DNA of 64,000 bases from Candidatus Binatia bacterium (GTDB lineage: Bacteria; Desulfobacterota; Binatia; UBA9968). The notes under the pieces were generated by a model that saw only the letters and a program-made list of their open reading frames with translations, ran no database searches and was not told the DNA's origin. Positions 1-10,960 of this stretch are shown piece by piece (position 1 is the stretch's first letter; each line of letters opens with the position of its first letter). Position numbers and translations under genes: made by a program. The stretch lies in NCBI GenBank assembly GCA_036004365.1, contig DASYRN010000045.1:7637-71636 (forward strand), in the 5' to 3' direction.

Positions 1-369
1 CGTAGAGATTACGACGAAGCTTGGAAGTTCCTGGAGCAAAAAGATTACAAGCGAGCCATCGATCGCTTCAAGGGCTTTGTGAAGAAGTATCCGAAGAGCG
101 CCTATGCGGACAATGCCCAGTACTGGATCGGCGAATGTCATTACGCCCTGAGAGAGTTTGACCAGGCGATCCTGGAATTCGACGCTGTCCGGCGCAATTA
201 CCCAAAGGGAGATAAAGTGCCGGCTGCGCTCCTTAAGCAGGGATTTGCCTTCGCTGAGCTGGGAGACAAGGTCGATGCCCGTCTGATTCTCCAGGAATTG
301 ATCAATCGATATCCTCAGTCATCGGAAGCGTCCAAAGCCAAGCAGAAACTCAAGTCTCTGGAATCGTAG
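1..369 (+). CDS. cpoB: Tol-Pal associated protein CpoB/YbgF, C-terminal TPR part (5' end outside window)
   Basis: Frame 1 is open from base 1. TPR-like text KYPKSAYADNAQYWIGECHYALREFDQAILEFDAVRRNYPKGDKVPAALLKQGFAF is typical of the YbgF C-terminus. Confidence 0.7.
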   Translation, partial: RRDYDEAWKFLEQKDYKRAIDRFKGFVKKYPKSAYADNAQYWIGECHYALREFDQAILEFDAVRRNYPKGDKVPAALLKQGFAFAELGDKVDARLILQELINRYPQSSEASKAKQKLKSLES

Positions 370-504
370 CGTAGTCACTGGAATCCCGCACTCTAAAGAC
401 TAACCTTAGCGTTGAATAGCTTTCAGCAGTCAGCCATCCGCAAGACAGATAAGGCCGGAGAACGAAGCTGAATACTGAGTGCTGAAGGTTGTTATCCAAA
501 AATC

Positions 505-1461
505 ATGCAGATTTACCGCCATATCGAGGATCGTGAAGTTTCACTTCGAGATCCCATATTGACGATGGGGAATTTTGACGGCGTTCATCTGGGTCACCAA
601 GCTCTTTTGTCCCGCATCGTTAAGGAAGCCCGAGAGAGGAAGGGCTCGTCTACTGTTCTGACTTTCGAGCCCCATCCCCTGAAGATTCTCGCGCCGAATC
701 GGGCGCCGCGGTTGATTTTGGCGCACAAGGACAAGATGCGCTTGCTCCAATCGCTGGGAATCGATGTCGTCATTATTCAGACGTTCAATTCCGCCTTCGC
801 GAATCTCGAGGCGGAGGAATTTGTCCGACGCTACCTTGTCAATCGGATCAAGGTTCGTAAAATTTGGGTCGGAAAGGATCTGAGGTTTGGCAAAGCGAGA
901 AAGGGCAGAGTGGAGGATTTGATCCGATGGGGAAAAGAGACCGGATTCGAGGTCGGAATCATAGAGCCCATACAGGTTGAAGGTGAGCGGATCAGTAGCA
1001 GCCGCATTAGGGAGCTCCTATTGAAGGGCGAGGTGCATGAGGCCGAAAGATTTCTCGGCCGCTACCATTTCATCTCAGGGAGAGTCGTGCGGGGACACCA
1101 GAGAGGTCGGCAGCTCGGGTTTCCGACTGCGAATATTATGAGCCAGACCGAAGTGCTGCCCGCGGACGGAATCTACGCTACGCTCTTGGAATCCGACGGA
1201 CGCCGTTGGCCGAGCGTCTCTAACATAGGAATCAATCCCACGTTTGGCTCGGGGCCGAGAACCATCGAGAGTTACCTGTTTGAGTTTTCCGGAGATCTCT
1301 ACGGCCAAACCGTGAGGCTGTTCTTTGTGAAGAGGATCCGGGAGGAAAAGAAATTTTCTTCAGCGGAAGTCTTGGTGGAGCAGATGAAGAAGGATGTTGC
1401 GAGCGCGCAGGAGATCCTGAGCCAGCTCCGGCCCCAAGAGGGCGCGGAACTTTCAAGGTAA
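505..1461 (+). CDS. ribF: bifunctional riboflavin kinase / FMN adenylyltransferase
   Basis: 318 aa. N-terminal GNFDGVHLGHQ nucleotidyltransferase motif and C-terminal riboflavin-kinase text GxxLGFPTANI. Confidence 0.9.
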   Translation: MQIYRHIEDREVSLRDPILTMGNFDGVHLGHQALLSRIVKEARERKGSSTVLTFEPHPLKILAPNRAPRLILAHKDKMRLLQSLGIDVVIIQTFNSAFANLEAEEFVRRYLVNRIKVRKIWVGKDLRFGKARKGRVEDLIRWGKETGFEVGIIEPIQVEGERISSSRIRELLLKGEVHEAERFLGRYHFISGRVVRGHQRGRQLGFPTANIMSQTEVLPADGIYATLLESDGRRWPSVSNIGINPTFGSGPRTIESYLFEFSGDLYGQTVRLFFVKRIREEKKFSSAEVLVEQMKKDVASAQEILSQLRPQEGAELSR

Positions 1462-1472
1462 CCTGAGCGCCC

Positions 1473-2447
1473 ATGCAGGTTGCCGTAACCGAGCAGGAAG
1501 ATGCGGGGACGCGCCTGGACCTGTTTTTGGCGCGTCGCAAGCTGGCTGCACCGGAGTGGAGCCGCTCGGCCATCCAGAAAATGATTCAGGAAGGAGCGAT
1601 CCTGCTTAACGGTCTTCGACCTAAGCCCAGCACGCGTCTTAAACTCAACGATCTCGTCGAAATTCGCGGCCTTCCCGTCAAGAACGCGAGGGTGGTGCCC
1701 GAGCCGATTCCTCTAGATGTTCTCTATGAAGATGCGGATTGCATCGCGGTCAACAAGCCGCCCGGCATCGTTGTCCATCCTGCGGCGGGAAAACAAACCG
1801 GGACTTTGGTGAACGCTCTCCTTTATCACTGTCGCGATCTCAAAGGCATCGGAGGAGAGCGGAGGCCCGGGATCGTCCACCGATTGGACAAGGACACTTC
1901 GGGCGTAATGATTGTCGCGAAGCATGCGCGGGCCTTCCATGGATTGGCCTTGCAGTTCAAGGAAAGGCGCATTCTCAAAGAGTATGTCGCGCTGGTGTGG
2001 GGCAAGGTGAAGCCAGAGAAGGGCCATATCCGTCGTCCGATCGGGCGCCACCGCAGGGACCGGAAAAGGATGTCGAGCCTCTACGCCTTGCCGCGGTTGA
2101 GAGAGGCAACGACAGAGTGGCACGTCGAAGAGCGCTTTCGTGTGGGCTCAGCGGTCGACTCATGGGTTACTTGGTTACGCGTTAAACCCTATACGGGACG
2201 AACCCATCAAATCCGAGTGCATTTATCCGATGAGGGATTCCCGATCGTGGGCGATAGGATTTACGGGCAAAAACAAAAGCGGCTCTCGACCTTGGCGCCT
2301 GCTGAGCTGCTGAACTTTCCGCGTCAGGCGCTCCATGCGGAGAGACTTCGATTTGACCACCCAGTGACGGGGAGACCGGTGGAGATTCGCGCTCCGCTCT
2401 TTTCCGATATGGAAGGTCTTCTACAGCGCTTAAGGAAGCCAGAGTGA
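1473..2447 (+). CDS. rluD: RluA-family 23S rRNA pseudouridine synthase (RluD-like) with S4 domain
   Basis: 324 aa. Catalytic HRLDKDTSG motif, KPPGIVVHP and GRTHQIRVH. Confidence 0.85.
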   Translation: MQVAVTEQEDAGTRLDLFLARRKLAAPEWSRSAIQKMIQEGAILLNGLRPKPSTRLKLNDLVEIRGLPVKNARVVPEPIPLDVLYEDADCIAVNKPPGIVVHPAAGKQTGTLVNALLYHCRDLKGIGGERRPGIVHRLDKDTSGVMIVAKHARAFHGLALQFKERRILKEYVALVWGKVKPEKGHIRRPIGRHRRDRKRMSSLYALPRLREATTEWHVEERFRVGSAVDSWVTWLRVKPYTGRTHQIRVHLSDEGFPIVGDRIYGQKQKRLSTLAPAELLNFPRQALHAERLRFDHPVTGRPVEIRAPLFSDMEGLLQRLRKPE

Positions 2448-2473
2448 TCAATCGAAAAACAAAGCGTGGGGGG

Positions 2474-2502
2474 TTGACAAGAGAACGGGTTTTTTTTAGT
2501 AT
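2474..2502 (+). promoter_or_regulatory. candidate sigma70-type promoter for rho (TTGACA-17 nt-TAGTAT), implying a leader of about 280 nt
   Basis: TTGACA at 2474-2479, 17-nt spacer, TAGTAT at 2497-2502. No ORF between it and rho. Confidence 0.3.
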
Positions 2503-2787
2503 AAGTAGAGTAATAATCAAGTCAACGTTCTCTAAGACAAAGCCCACGCGCAAGGTAATCACTCCGACCTAAACTTTAATTTGGATTTCGAACGAACGGT
2601 TTCGTCTGTGTCAAGTTCCCTATTACCTTGAGACGCTCCCCGCGAAAAGATCGACCTGCCTGAGGCAGGTAGCTGCCAATTTGTTTGGTAATCCTTGCGT
2701 GGTGTGAGGACGATTGCAGGCGGATCCTGAAGATGAGAATCGGCTTTCAGGAAATTTATTCTGCGGGATGAAAGGAGAGGTATATCA

Positions 2788-4086
2788 ATGGTACGTGGAA
2801 GGACCAAGGCCGAACCAGAGACTGTAGACGAGAACGGGCTCAATCTTAAGTCTCTTAAAGAAAAAAAGATCAGCGAGCTGGCATTGATTGGAAAGAACTT
2901 CAATATCGAGGGCGCAGCCAATATGCGCAAGCAGGAGCTCATCTTCGCCATATTGCAAGCTCAAACGGAGCAGAACGGGTACATTTACGGTGAGGGCGTG
3001 CTGGAGACGCTTCCTGACGGCTTTGGTTTCCTCAGGGCGCCGGACTATAACTATCTGCCCGGCCCCGACGATATTTACGTCTCTCCCAGCCAGATCCGGC
3101 GCTTCAATCTTCGCACGGGCGACATCATCTCAGGACATATCCGCCCTCCCAAAGAGGGCGAGCGTTACTTCGCCCTGCTCAAGGTGGAGTCCATCAATTA
3201 TGAGGATCCGGAAAAGGCGAGGGAAAAGATCCTCTTCGATAACCTCACTCCTCTTTATCCCAACCAACGGTTCCAGTTGGAATACCTGCCCGACGAATAT
3301 ACGACGCGGGTCGTCGATCTTATGACCCCGATCGGAAAAGGGCAAAGGGGGCTCATCGTCGCGGCCCCGCGCACGGGTAAGACCATGATGCTGCAGGCCA
3401 TCGCTAAGGCCGTGGCCCAGAACCATAAAGAGGTTATTTTGATCGTTCTTCTGATCGACGAGCGGCCAGAAGAGGTTACGGACATGCAGCGGTCTGTGGA
3501 TGGAGAGGTGGTGAGCTCCACGTTTGATGAGCCGGCCACGCGCCACGTGCAAGTCGCCGAGATGGTGATCGAGAAAGCCAAACGCTTAGTGGAGCATGGA
3601 AAGGACGTTGTCATCCTTCTCGATAGCATCACCCGGCTCGCACGGGCGTACAACACGGTTGTGCCGCCCAGCGGCAAGATTTTGTCCGGCGGCGTCGATT
3701 CCAATGCGCTTCACAAGCCGAAGAAATTTTTTGGGGCAGCGCGCAATATCGAGGACGGGGGAAGCCTGACGATTATTGCGACGGCGCTTATCGATACGGG
3801 AAGCCGCATGGACGAGGTGATCTTCGAGGAATTTAAAGGGACCGGTAATATGGAGATTCATCTGGACCGTCGGCTGATGGATAAGAGGGTTTTCCCGGCT
3901 ATTGACATCAACAAGTCGGGCACAAGAAAAGAAGAGCTTTTGATACCCAAGGAAGATTTGAATCGGATCTGGATCCTGCGCAAGGTATTGTCTCAACTCA
4001 GTGTGGTTGAGGCTATGGAATTTTTGCTGGATAAGATTCGTGGGACCAAAAACAACAAGGAATTTCTCGAATCCATGAATCAATAA
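2788..4086 (+). CDS. rho: transcription termination factor Rho
   Basis: 432 aa. Rho N-terminal and RNA-binding text, Walker A PRTGKT, and an RBS GAAAGGAGAGG upstream of the ATG. Confidence 0.95.
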   Translation: MVRGRTKAEPETVDENGLNLKSLKEKKISELALIGKNFNIEGAANMRKQELIFAILQAQTEQNGYIYGEGVLETLPDGFGFLRAPDYNYLPGPDDIYVSPSQIRRFNLRTGDIISGHIRPPKEGERYFALLKVESINYEDPEKAREKILFDNLTPLYPNQRFQLEYLPDEYTTRVVDLMTPIGKGQRGLIVAAPRTGKTMMLQAIAKAVAQNHKEVILIVLLIDERPEEVTDMQRSVDGEVVSSTFDEPATRHVQVAEMVIEKAKRLVEHGKDVVILLDSITRLARAYNTVVPPSGKILSGGVDSNALHKPKKFFGAARNIEDGGSLTIIATALIDTGSRMDEVIFEEFKGTGNMEIHLDRRLMDKRVFPAIDINKSGTRKEELLIPKEDLNRIWILRKVLSQLSVVEAMEFLLDKIRGTKNNKEFLESMNQ

Positions 4087-4325
4087 ATGCCCCGTTCCCC
4101 CCTTATGACCGCCTTGCACAGGCTGCCGATCTTTGTTACAACCCCTAAATTGCCGAGTTGTTTGTATTGATTTCCAGATGCCCCTATTTTTCTGGCTCTG
4201 CGGGGGTAATCATCCTGGATAGAAAATTTCACACCCTTCCGGATCCCTTTCTAGGGTGCTCAGGTTTACGGGAATAGTTGGGAGTCGATGGAAGGGGAGG
4301 AGACCACAAAGGAGTAAACTTCTTT

Positions 4326-5117
4326 ATGACCGAGATCGCTATGAAGCAGCTCTTGGAAGCGGGCGTCCATTTTGGCCACCAGACGAGCCGCTGGAACCCG
4401 AAGATGAAGCCCTATATTTTCGGCGCGCGCAACGGAATCCATATTATCGACCTGCAGCAGACCGTTGCTATGTTCAAGGACGCCGCTGCCTTCCTTCGCG
4501 ACCTGGCGTCTTCGGGAGGGCATATCCTCTTCGTGGGGACCAAGAAGCAGGCGCAGGAGGCGATCAAGGAGGAGGCGCAAAGGTGCGGCATGTTTTATGT
4601 CCACAACCGTTGGCTAGGAGGAACGCTGACGAATTTTGCAACGATCCGGCAGAGTATTGAGAGGTTGAGAAAAATCGAAGAGATGGAGAATGATCCGAAG
4701 ATTGTCGAGGCCTTGACCAAAAAGGAGCTGCTGGGCCTCAAGCGTGAAAAGGAAAAGCTGGAGCAGTCTCTAGGCGGCATCAAAGGCATGAGGAAACTAC
4801 CCGAAGCGATCTTTGTGGTCGATCCCAAGCAGGAAGAGATCGCGGTTCGGGAGGCCAGGAAGCTCGGGATCCCCGTCGTCGCCGTCGTAGACACGAATTG
4901 TGATCCGGATATGGTCGATTACAAAGTTCCTGGAAATGATGACGCCATCCGGGCGATCCGGCTTTTCTGCGCCGCTTTCGCCGACGCGATTATCGAAGGG
5001 AAGACGATCTACGAGCAGTCCTTGGCCGGCAAGGAGAAGGAGGAGAAGGAATCCTCAGCGGCTCCTCAGGTGCACGAGACGGTCGAAAATTCAGCGGCGG
5101 GAGGGACCGCATTCTGA
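4326..5117 (+). CDS. rpsB: 30S ribosomal protein S2
   Basis: [20 protein letters not shown] prefer the ATG at 4326 (AAGGAG upstream) over the ORF-track start at 4278. Confidence 0.95.
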   Translation: MTEIAMKQLLEAGVHFGHQTSRWNPKMKPYIFGARNGIHIIDLQQTVAMFKDAAAFLRDLASSGGHILFVGTKKQAQEAIKEEAQRCGMFYVHNRWLGGTLTNFATIRQSIERLRKIEEMENDPKIVEALTKKELLGLKREKEKLEQSLGGIKGMRKLPEAIFVVDPKQEEIAVREARKLGIPVVAVVDTNCDPDMVDYKVPGNDDAIRAIRLFCAAFADAIIEGKTIYEQSLAGKEKEEKESSAAPQVHETVENSAAGGTAF

Positions 5118-5726
5118 ATGGAAGTCAGCGCTTCTACAGTCAAAGAGTTGCGCGAGAAGACCGGCGCCGGGATGATGGATTGCAAGAAGGCCCTCGCGGA
5201 GTCCGGCGGCGATGTGGAAAAGGCGATCGATTATCTTCGACGCAAAGGGCTCGCGGCAGCGGCGAAGAAGATGAGCCGCGTAGCCGGAGAGGGGCTCGTG
5301 GGCGCCTATGTGCACCCTGGGGGTAAGATCGGCGTCTTGGTGGAGTTGAATTGCGAAACCGACTTTGTGGCTCGCACAGCGGAATTTCAAAACCTGCTCA
5401 AGGATATTGCGATGCAGATTGCCGCCGCCAACCCACGCTACGTGAAGCCGGAAGACGTCCCTCAAGCGGAACTGGAACGCGAGCGGGAGATCTATCGCCG
5501 ACAGGCGCTTGAATCGGGAAAGCCCGAGGAAGTCTTAGATAAAATCGTAGAAGGAAAGCTGGAGCGTTATTATTCCGAGATTTGCCTGCTGGAGCAAGCT
5601 TTTATCAAAGACCCGGATCGCAAAGTAGGAGATTTCATAAAAGACGCGGTGTTTAAGCTCAAGGAAAATATCCAAGTGCGGCGCTTCGCGCGTTACCATC
5701 TCGGGGAAGGCGTCGAAAAGCCTTAG
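5118..5726 (+). CDS. tsf: elongation factor Ts (short form)
   Basis: 202 aa. [19 protein letters not shown]. The ATG directly follows the rpsB stop. Confidence 0.9.
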   Translation: MEVSASTVKELREKTGAGMMDCKKALAESGGDVEKAIDYLRRKGLAAAAKKMSRVAGEGLVGAYVHPGGKIGVLVELNCETDFVARTAEFQNLLKDIAMQIAAANPRYVKPEDVPQAELEREREIYRRQALESGKPEEVLDKIVEGKLERYYSEICLLEQAFIKDPDRKVGDFIKDAVFKLKENIQVRRFARYHLGEGVEKP

Positions 5727-5742
5727 GGTGCTTTAGGCCATT

Positions 5743-5825
5743 GCAAGCGCAAAGTGCAACAGTCAAAATTAAGAACTTTCGATCCTCGTTTTTGCATTTT
5801 TCAATTTGCATTCTTCATTTTGCCT
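5743..5825. repeat. 7-nt-period degenerate repeat arrays (TGCAAxx / xTTTGCA words) in inverted arrangement
   Basis: xCA recurs at 5795, 5802, 5809, 5816 and 5823. The left arm GCAAGCGCAAAGTGCAAC is the approximate reverse complement. Confidence 0.7.
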
Positions 5826-5840
5826 TGACCGCTTCGGTCT

Positions 5841-6566
5841 ATGGGAATGCTCAAGTATAAACGGATCATCCTGAAAGTTACGGGAGAAGTCCTCGCCGGG
5901 GGCGAGAGGTACGGCATCGACAACAATATGCTGAGCTCCTTCGCCCAGGAAATCAAAGAGGTGAAGGAGATGGGGAGCGAGATCGCCCTGGTGATGGGTG
6001 GAGGGAATATCTTTCGCGGCGCGGAGCTGAGCGAGGGAGGGATCGAGCGGGCGACCGCGGATTACATGGGAATGCTGGCCACGGTGATCAACAGCTTGGC
6101 GCTGCAGGATGCGTTGGAGAAAATCGGCGTTCCCACGCGGTGCATGTCTGCGATTGAGATGCGTCAGGTCGCGGAGCCGTATATCCGCCGGCGGGCCACG
6201 CGTCATTTGGAGAAGGGCAGGGTGGTCATTTTTGCCGGAGGCACCGGCAATCCTTATTTCACAACCGACACCACCGCAAGCCTGCGGGCGATGGAAATCG
6301 GAGCCGAGGTGATCCTTAAAGCCACGAAAGTGGAAGGAGTCTATGACGCGGATCCCCTGAAGCACCATAGCGCGAAAAAATACGGTGAGCTGACCTACAT
6401 CGAAGTGCTTAATAAAGAGCTTAAGGTCATGGACTCCACGGCGATCTCTCTTTGCATGGATAATCGGTTGCCCATCGTCGTCTTCAATATTATGGAGAAG
6501 GGGAACATCAAGCGAGTAGTGAGTGGAGAGGAGATCGGGACTCTCGTAAGCGCGGGAAGAAGATGA
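5841..6566 (+). CDS. pyrH: UMP kinase
   Basis: 241 aa. [14 protein letters not shown]...GGGNIFRG. Confidence 0.95.
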   Translation: MGMLKYKRIILKVTGEVLAGGERYGIDNNMLSSFAQEIKEVKEMGSEIALVMGGGNIFRGAELSEGGIERATADYMGMLATVINSLALQDALEKIGVPTRCMSAIEMRQVAEPYIRRRATRHLEKGRVVIFAGGTGNPYFTTDTTASLRAMEIGAEVILKATKVEGVYDADPLKHHSAKKYGELTYIEVLNKELKVMDSTAISLCMDNRLPIVVFNIMEKGNIKRVVSGEEIGTLVSAGRR

Positions 6567-7120
6567 ACGAGCCCTTTTTTGCCGATCTGCAAAAAGAGAT
6601 GGAGAAGTCGATCGCGGCCTTTCGCAAGGACCTGGCGAAGATTCGAACCGGCCGCGCTTCGACGGCGCTGCTCGAAGGGGTCATGGTCGATTACTACGGG
6701 ACTTCGACTCCACTCAACCAGTTAGCCAACCTGTCCGCTCCCGAGCCGCGCCTGTTGGTCATCCAGCCCTACGATCGCGGGGCCATCGGCAATATCGAGA
6801 AAGCCATTCTTAAGTCTGACCTCGGCCTGACGCCGAATAACGATGGGAAGGTGATCCGGATTCCCATCCCGGAATTGACCGAGGAGAGGCGCAAAGAGCT
6901 GGCCAAACATGTGAAGAAGATCGCCGAAGAATTTCGCGTATCGGTGCGCAATCATCGAAGGCTTGCGGTCGAGAAACTCAAGGAGATGGAGAAGAAAAAA
7001 GAACTCACCGCGGACGACCTTAAACACAGTCAGGACCGAGTCCAGAAAATGACCGACGAATATATCCTCCGGGTCGATAAGGTGCTCAAGGCGAAAGAAG
7101 ACGAGATCATGGAGGTCTGA
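6563..7120 (+). CDS. frr: ribosome recycling factor
   Basis: 185 aa. [25 protein letters not shown] overlap with pyrH. Confidence 0.95.
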   Translation: MNEPFFADLQKEMEKSIAAFRKDLAKIRTGRASTALLEGVMVDYYGTSTPLNQLANLSAPEPRLLVIQPYDRGAIGNIEKAILKSDLGLTPNNDGKVIRIPIPELTEERRKELAKHVKKIAEEFRVSVRNHRRLAVEKLKEMEKKKELTADDLKHSQDRVQKMTDEYILRVDKVLKAKEDEIMEV

Positions 7121-7157
7121 GCGATCCCACCCTCCCTGCAAAAATCCCGCCTGTAAA

Positions 7158-7934
7158 ATGGATCTGAGGGGCCTAGACAAGAGTCGACTGCCCAAGCATG
7201 TCGCCATTATCATGGATGGTAATGGACGCTGGGCCAAACTCAGAGGCAAAAGCCGTATCGAAGGCCATCGGCGAGGCAAGACTTCAGTTCGGGCCGTCGT
7301 AGAGATGAGCCGAAAATTGGGGATTGCTTACCTTTCTCTCTACGCGTTTTCCATTGAGAACTGGATGCGCCCCAAGGCGGAGGTCCACGCGTTGATGACC
7401 CTGCTCGAGCATTACCTTGTGACCGAGCAGGCAAGGATGAACCGGCTGGGAATCCGTCTCCTTTCTATTGGTAACCGAAAGTGGCTTCCGGCTTCCGTGC
7501 TGAGGACCCTCGATAAAACCGTGAGAGCGACCAGCAAGAATAAAAGGATGACCGTCGTCCTAGCGCTGAGTTACAGCGGCCGCGACGATATTGTGAGAAT
7601 GGTCAAGAGAGTAGCCGCAAAAGTCAAAGATGGAAGCTGCACCCTAGAAGAAATCGATGAACGGATGGTCTCCACTCACGTCGAGACTAGATTCATTCCC
7701 GACCCGGACCTCCTCATCCGGACCAGCGGCGAGATGCGAATCAGCAACTTCTTCCTCTGGCAGATCCCTTATACGGAACTTTACGTCACGCCGACCCTGT
7801 GGCCCGATTTTCGAGAGGCGGAATACCTTCAAGCTCTATTGGAATTTCAGAGGCGCCGCAGGAGATTCGGGCGGACCGACGAGCAGCTGACGCCGTCCGC
7901 TTCGGAGGCCGGTGAAGCCCAAGATCATTCCTAG
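7158..7934 (+). CDS. uppS: undecaprenyl (isoprenyl) diphosphate synthase
   Basis: 258 aa. HVAIIMDGNGRWA and LLIRTSGEMRISNFFLWQ. Confidence 0.9.
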   Translation: MDLRGLDKSRLPKHVAIIMDGNGRWAKLRGKSRIEGHRRGKTSVRAVVEMSRKLGIAYLSLYAFSIENWMRPKAEVHALMTLLEHYLVTEQARMNRLGIRLLSIGNRKWLPASVLRTLDKTVRATSKNKRMTVVLALSYSGRDDIVRMVKRVAAKVKDGSCTLEEIDERMVSTHVETRFIPDPDLLIRTSGEMRISNFFLWQIPYTELYVTPTLWPDFREAEYLQALLEFQRRRRRFGRTDEQLTPSASEAGEAQDHS

Positions 7935-8718
7935 AACGATCACCGCCCTGATCGGAATCCCCGTCCTGATCGCCATCATCAGCTGGGCGCGCCCGTGGCA
8001 GTTCGCCTTGGTGATTTTTCTCCTCACGCTAAAAGCCCTTCATGAATACTTTTCCCTCGTCTTTCCCGAGGACTGGGGGCACCGGGCGTTTGGCATCATC
8101 CTCGGCGCGCTCGTCTCTTGCGGAATAGTAATTCCTGCCTTCCGTGAAGCGAGTCTTGGGCTGGCGGGCTTGGTTGCCGTCATCTTCGCTGTTTATCTTT
8201 TTTCCGGTCCTAATTTGCGTGGCCGGTATCCGCGCCTCGGATGGACGCTTCTCGGAGCGCTCTACGTCGGTTATCTGATCCCGCATTTCAGCCTTCTCTA
8301 CAATTTACCTTCCGGAAGTGATTGGATTTTCTGGCTTCTTTCGGTCATCATGATCGGGGATAGCGCGGCTTATTTCATCGGCTCTTCGTTCGGGAAGAGG
8401 AAGCTTTCTCCGAGAATCAGTCCAGGTAAAACGGTTGAAGGCGCGTGGGCGTCGATGGCGGCAAGCCTTTGCGCGGGCGTTGTCGCAGGAATGTTTTTGC
8501 TGCCGCATTTGGCATGGCAAGAGTTGCTGTTGCTTGCGCTTGTTCTGAACGTCGTAGGGCAGGCAGGCGACCTCTTCGAGTCCTGGATCAAACGAAGCTT
8601 TTCCGTGAAGGACTCCGGGGCTATTCTTCCCGGCCACGGAGGGTTGCTCGATCGCATCGATAGTCTTATATTCCCGGTTGCTTTAACCACCTATTACATT
8701 AAGCTCTTTCACTCATGA
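7912..8718 (+). CDS. cdsA: phosphatidate cytidylyltransferase
   Basis: 268 aa multi-pass membrane protein with C-terminal signature SxxKRxxxxKDSGxxxPGHGGxLDRxDS. GTG start overlaps the uppS end. Confidence 0.85.
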   Translation: MKPKIIPRTITALIGIPVLIAIISWARPWQFALVIFLLTLKALHEYFSLVFPEDWGHRAFGIILGALVSCGIVIPAFREASLGLAGLVAVIFAVYLFSGPNLRGRYPRLGWTLLGALYVGYLIPHFSLLYNLPSGSDWIFWLLSVIMIGDSAAYFIGSSFGKRKLSPRISPGKTVEGAWASMAASLCAGVVAGMFLLPHLAWQELLLLALVLNVVGQAGDLFESWIKRSFSVKDSGAILPGHGGLLDRIDSLIFPVALTTYYIKLFHS

Positions 8719-9869
8719 AGTCCCTTGTCATTCTCGGTTCTACTGGCAGCATCGGGATAAACGCGCTCGATCTGGTGCGTCGTTTCCCTGACAAGTTTAG
8801 AGTGCGAGGCCTCGTCGCCGGCCGGAACCTAAAGCTCCTGGCGGCGCAGGCGCGCGAGTTTTCTCCAGACTGGATAAGTATCCGGGAGCAAGGCGAGGTC
8901 TCGCTCCTGAGTGAGCTTTTGCACAACCGAAAGGTTGAGATCCTATGGGGCGAGCAAGGGGCTATTTCCATTGCTAGGGCCGAGGGCGTTGACGTGGTCT
9001 TGGCGGCTATTGTCGGAGGCGCAGGTTTGGTGCCGACGTTGGAGGCGGTGCGCGCCGGGAAAGAGGTTGCGCTTGCGAATAAAGAAGCTCTGGTCATGGC
9101 GGGGGAAATTTTTGTCGCGGAAGCAAAAAAAAAAGGCGTGAGGCTCTTTCCCGTGGATAGCGAGCACAGCGCAATCTTCCAGTGCCTCCAGGGAAACCGG
9201 CGTGATGAGGTCGATCGAATCATTCTCACAGCCTCCGGCGGCCCTTTTCTCCGCGCTTCGTTGAAGAGTCTCAATCGGGTCAGCGTGAAGCAGGCCCTCA
9301 AACATCCGAATTGGAAAATGGGGCCCAAGATTACGGTCGATTCGGCCACGATGATGAACAAAGGTCTCGAGGTGGTTGAGGCCAGATGGTTATTTGATAT
9401 GATACCCACTCAGGTAGAGGTTGTAATTCATCCCGAGAGCATCATCCATTCCATGGTCCGATACCAGGACGGCTCGATCATCGCGCAATTGGGCATCCCC
9501 GACATGCGCATACCGATCGCCTATGCCCTTTCTTTTCCGCATCGACTCAAGGCGGGACTCAGGTCGCTTGAGTTGACCCGGCTCGGTAAGCTAACTTTTC
9601 TTCCGGTCGAAAAGAGGAGATATCCGGCTCTGGGTTTGGCTTACCGGGCTTTGGCTGTGGGAGGCACGATGCCCGCAGTTCTGAATGCCGCGAACGAGAT
9701 CGCGGTCGGCGCCTTCCTGGACAAACGGATCGGATTCCGGCAGATTCATCGGGTGATCGAGAAGACTATGGAGAGCCACACCACGCTCCGGCCAAAGGAG
9801 GTGGGCGAGATTCTCGAGGTGGATCGCTGGGCGAGGGAGAAAAGCCGGACTCTTGTCGAGAAGATCTAA
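8715..9869 (+). CDS. dxr: 1-deoxy-D-xylulose 5-phosphate reductoisomerase
   Basis: 384 aa. ILGSTGSIG, LANKEALV and NWKMGPKITVDSATMMNKGLE. Confidence 0.95.
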   Translation: MKSLVILGSTGSIGINALDLVRRFPDKFRVRGLVAGRNLKLLAAQAREFSPDWISIREQGEVSLLSELLHNRKVEILWGEQGAISIARAEGVDVVLAAIVGGAGLVPTLEAVRAGKEVALANKEALVMAGEIFVAEAKKKGVRLFPVDSEHSAIFQCLQGNRRDEVDRIILTASGGPFLRASLKSLNRVSVKQALKHPNWKMGPKITVDSATMMNKGLEVVEARWLFDMIPTQVEVVIHPESIIHSMVRYQDGSIIAQLGIPDMRIPIAYALSFPHRLKAGLRSLELTRLGKLTFLPVEKRRYPALGLAYRALAVGGTMPAVLNAANEIAVGAFLDKRIGFRQIHRVIEKTMESHTTLRPKEVGEILEVDRWAREKSRTLVEKI

Positions 9870-9881
9870 AGGAGAAAGCGA

Positions 9882-10952
9882 ATGTTAACCGTTGCTTATG
9901 CCATCGTTTCAGCCCTTATAGGGTTAGGGGTTTTGATCATTATTCACGAGTTGGGCCACTTCCTTGTGGCCAAAAAGCTCGGCGTGGGGGTTTTAACCTT
10001 TTCAGTCGGCTTTGGCCCCAAGCTCTTAAAGCGAAAGATCGGTGAAACCGAATACGCCTTGAGCGCCTTCCCCCTTGGAGGATACGTCAAAATGATTGGA
10101 GAGGATCCGGAGGAAGAGGTTAGCCAGGCGGATATCGAGCGATCTTTTTCCCACCAGGGAGTCGGAAAGCGCGCGGCGATCGTTGCCGCGGGTCCGCTGT
10201 TTAACCTGCTGCTCGCTGTCGTACTCTTCGGCGCCATCTTCATGTTCTACGGGGTCCCGCTCCTGACAACCCGAATCGCCGGCGTTGAGCCGGGTTCTCC
10301 AGCCGCGAAGGCGGGGATACAAAAGGGTGACCGCGTCGTTGCCGTAGACGGCGACGCGATAAGAGAATGGGAGGAGCTTTCGGCTCGGATCAAGCAAAGT
10401 CAGGGCAAACCTTTACAGCTAACGGTTCAAAGAGCGGATCAGGAGATCACCGTCACGGTTCAGCCGACCATGAGAGAGGGAAAAAACATCTTCGGAGAAA
10501 CAATAGACACCTGGGTCATTGGAATCGCCAGCGAGGTCTCGATGGAAAAAAGCAACCCTTTGTTGGCGATCGGAAATGGATTTTACAAGACCGGAGAATA
10601 TTCGGTTCTCACCCTGCTCGGCCTTGTGAAGATGATCAGAGGGGATGTGTCGCCGAAAAATCTCGGCGGTCCTCTTTTGATCGCCCAGATGGCTGGCCAG
10701 CAGGCGCAAGAGGGGCTGGCAAGTTTTTTATTTTTCGTCGCGATACTGAGTGTCAATCTTGGAGTATTGAATCTCCTGCCGATTCCCGTTCTTGACGGCG
10801 GCCATCTGCTTTTTTTCCTGATCGAGTCGCTCTTGGGCCGGCCGGTTGAGGTAAAACATCGGGAGAGGGCGCAGCAGATCGGAATTTTTGTTCTGATCCT
10901 CATCATGGTTTATGCCTTCTATAACGATATCTCCAGGTTATTCGAAGGATAA
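9882..10952 (+). CDS. rseP: RIP metalloprotease RseP (site-2 protease, single PDZ)
   Basis: 356 aa. HELGHF zinc motif in TM1, a PDZ segment, and C-terminal NLLPIPVLDGGH. Confidence 0.9.
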   Translation: MLTVAYAIVSALIGLGVLIIIHELGHFLVAKKLGVGVLTFSVGFGPKLLKRKIGETEYALSAFPLGGYVKMIGEDPEEEVSQADIERSFSHQGVGKRAAIVAAGPLFNLLLAVVLFGAIFMFYGVPLLTTRIAGVEPGSPAAKAGIQKGDRVVAVDGDAIREWEELSARIKQSQGKPLQLTVQRADQEITVTVQPTMREGKNIFGETIDTWVIGIASEVSMEKSNPLLAIGNGFYKTGEYSVLTLLGLVKMIRGDVSPKNLGGPLLIAQMAGQQAQEGLASFLFFVAILSVNLGVLNLLPIPVLDGGHLLFFLIESLLGRPVEVKHRERAQQIGIFVLILIMVYAFYNDISRLFEG

Positions 10953-10960
10953 TCTAGTAA

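Noticed and set aside
3586-4119. 177-aa minus-strand ORF, plus 3130-3552 and 3255-3704, inside rho. Similar antisense or off-frame ORFs occur inside ribF, rluD, dxr (8699-9409), ilvB (12423-13829), rseP and others.
   Set aside because: They lie wholly within strongly supported housekeeping CDS on the other strand or frame. Their composition is Arg/Ser/Pro-rich, typical of GC-rich antisense frames, and they have no RBS.
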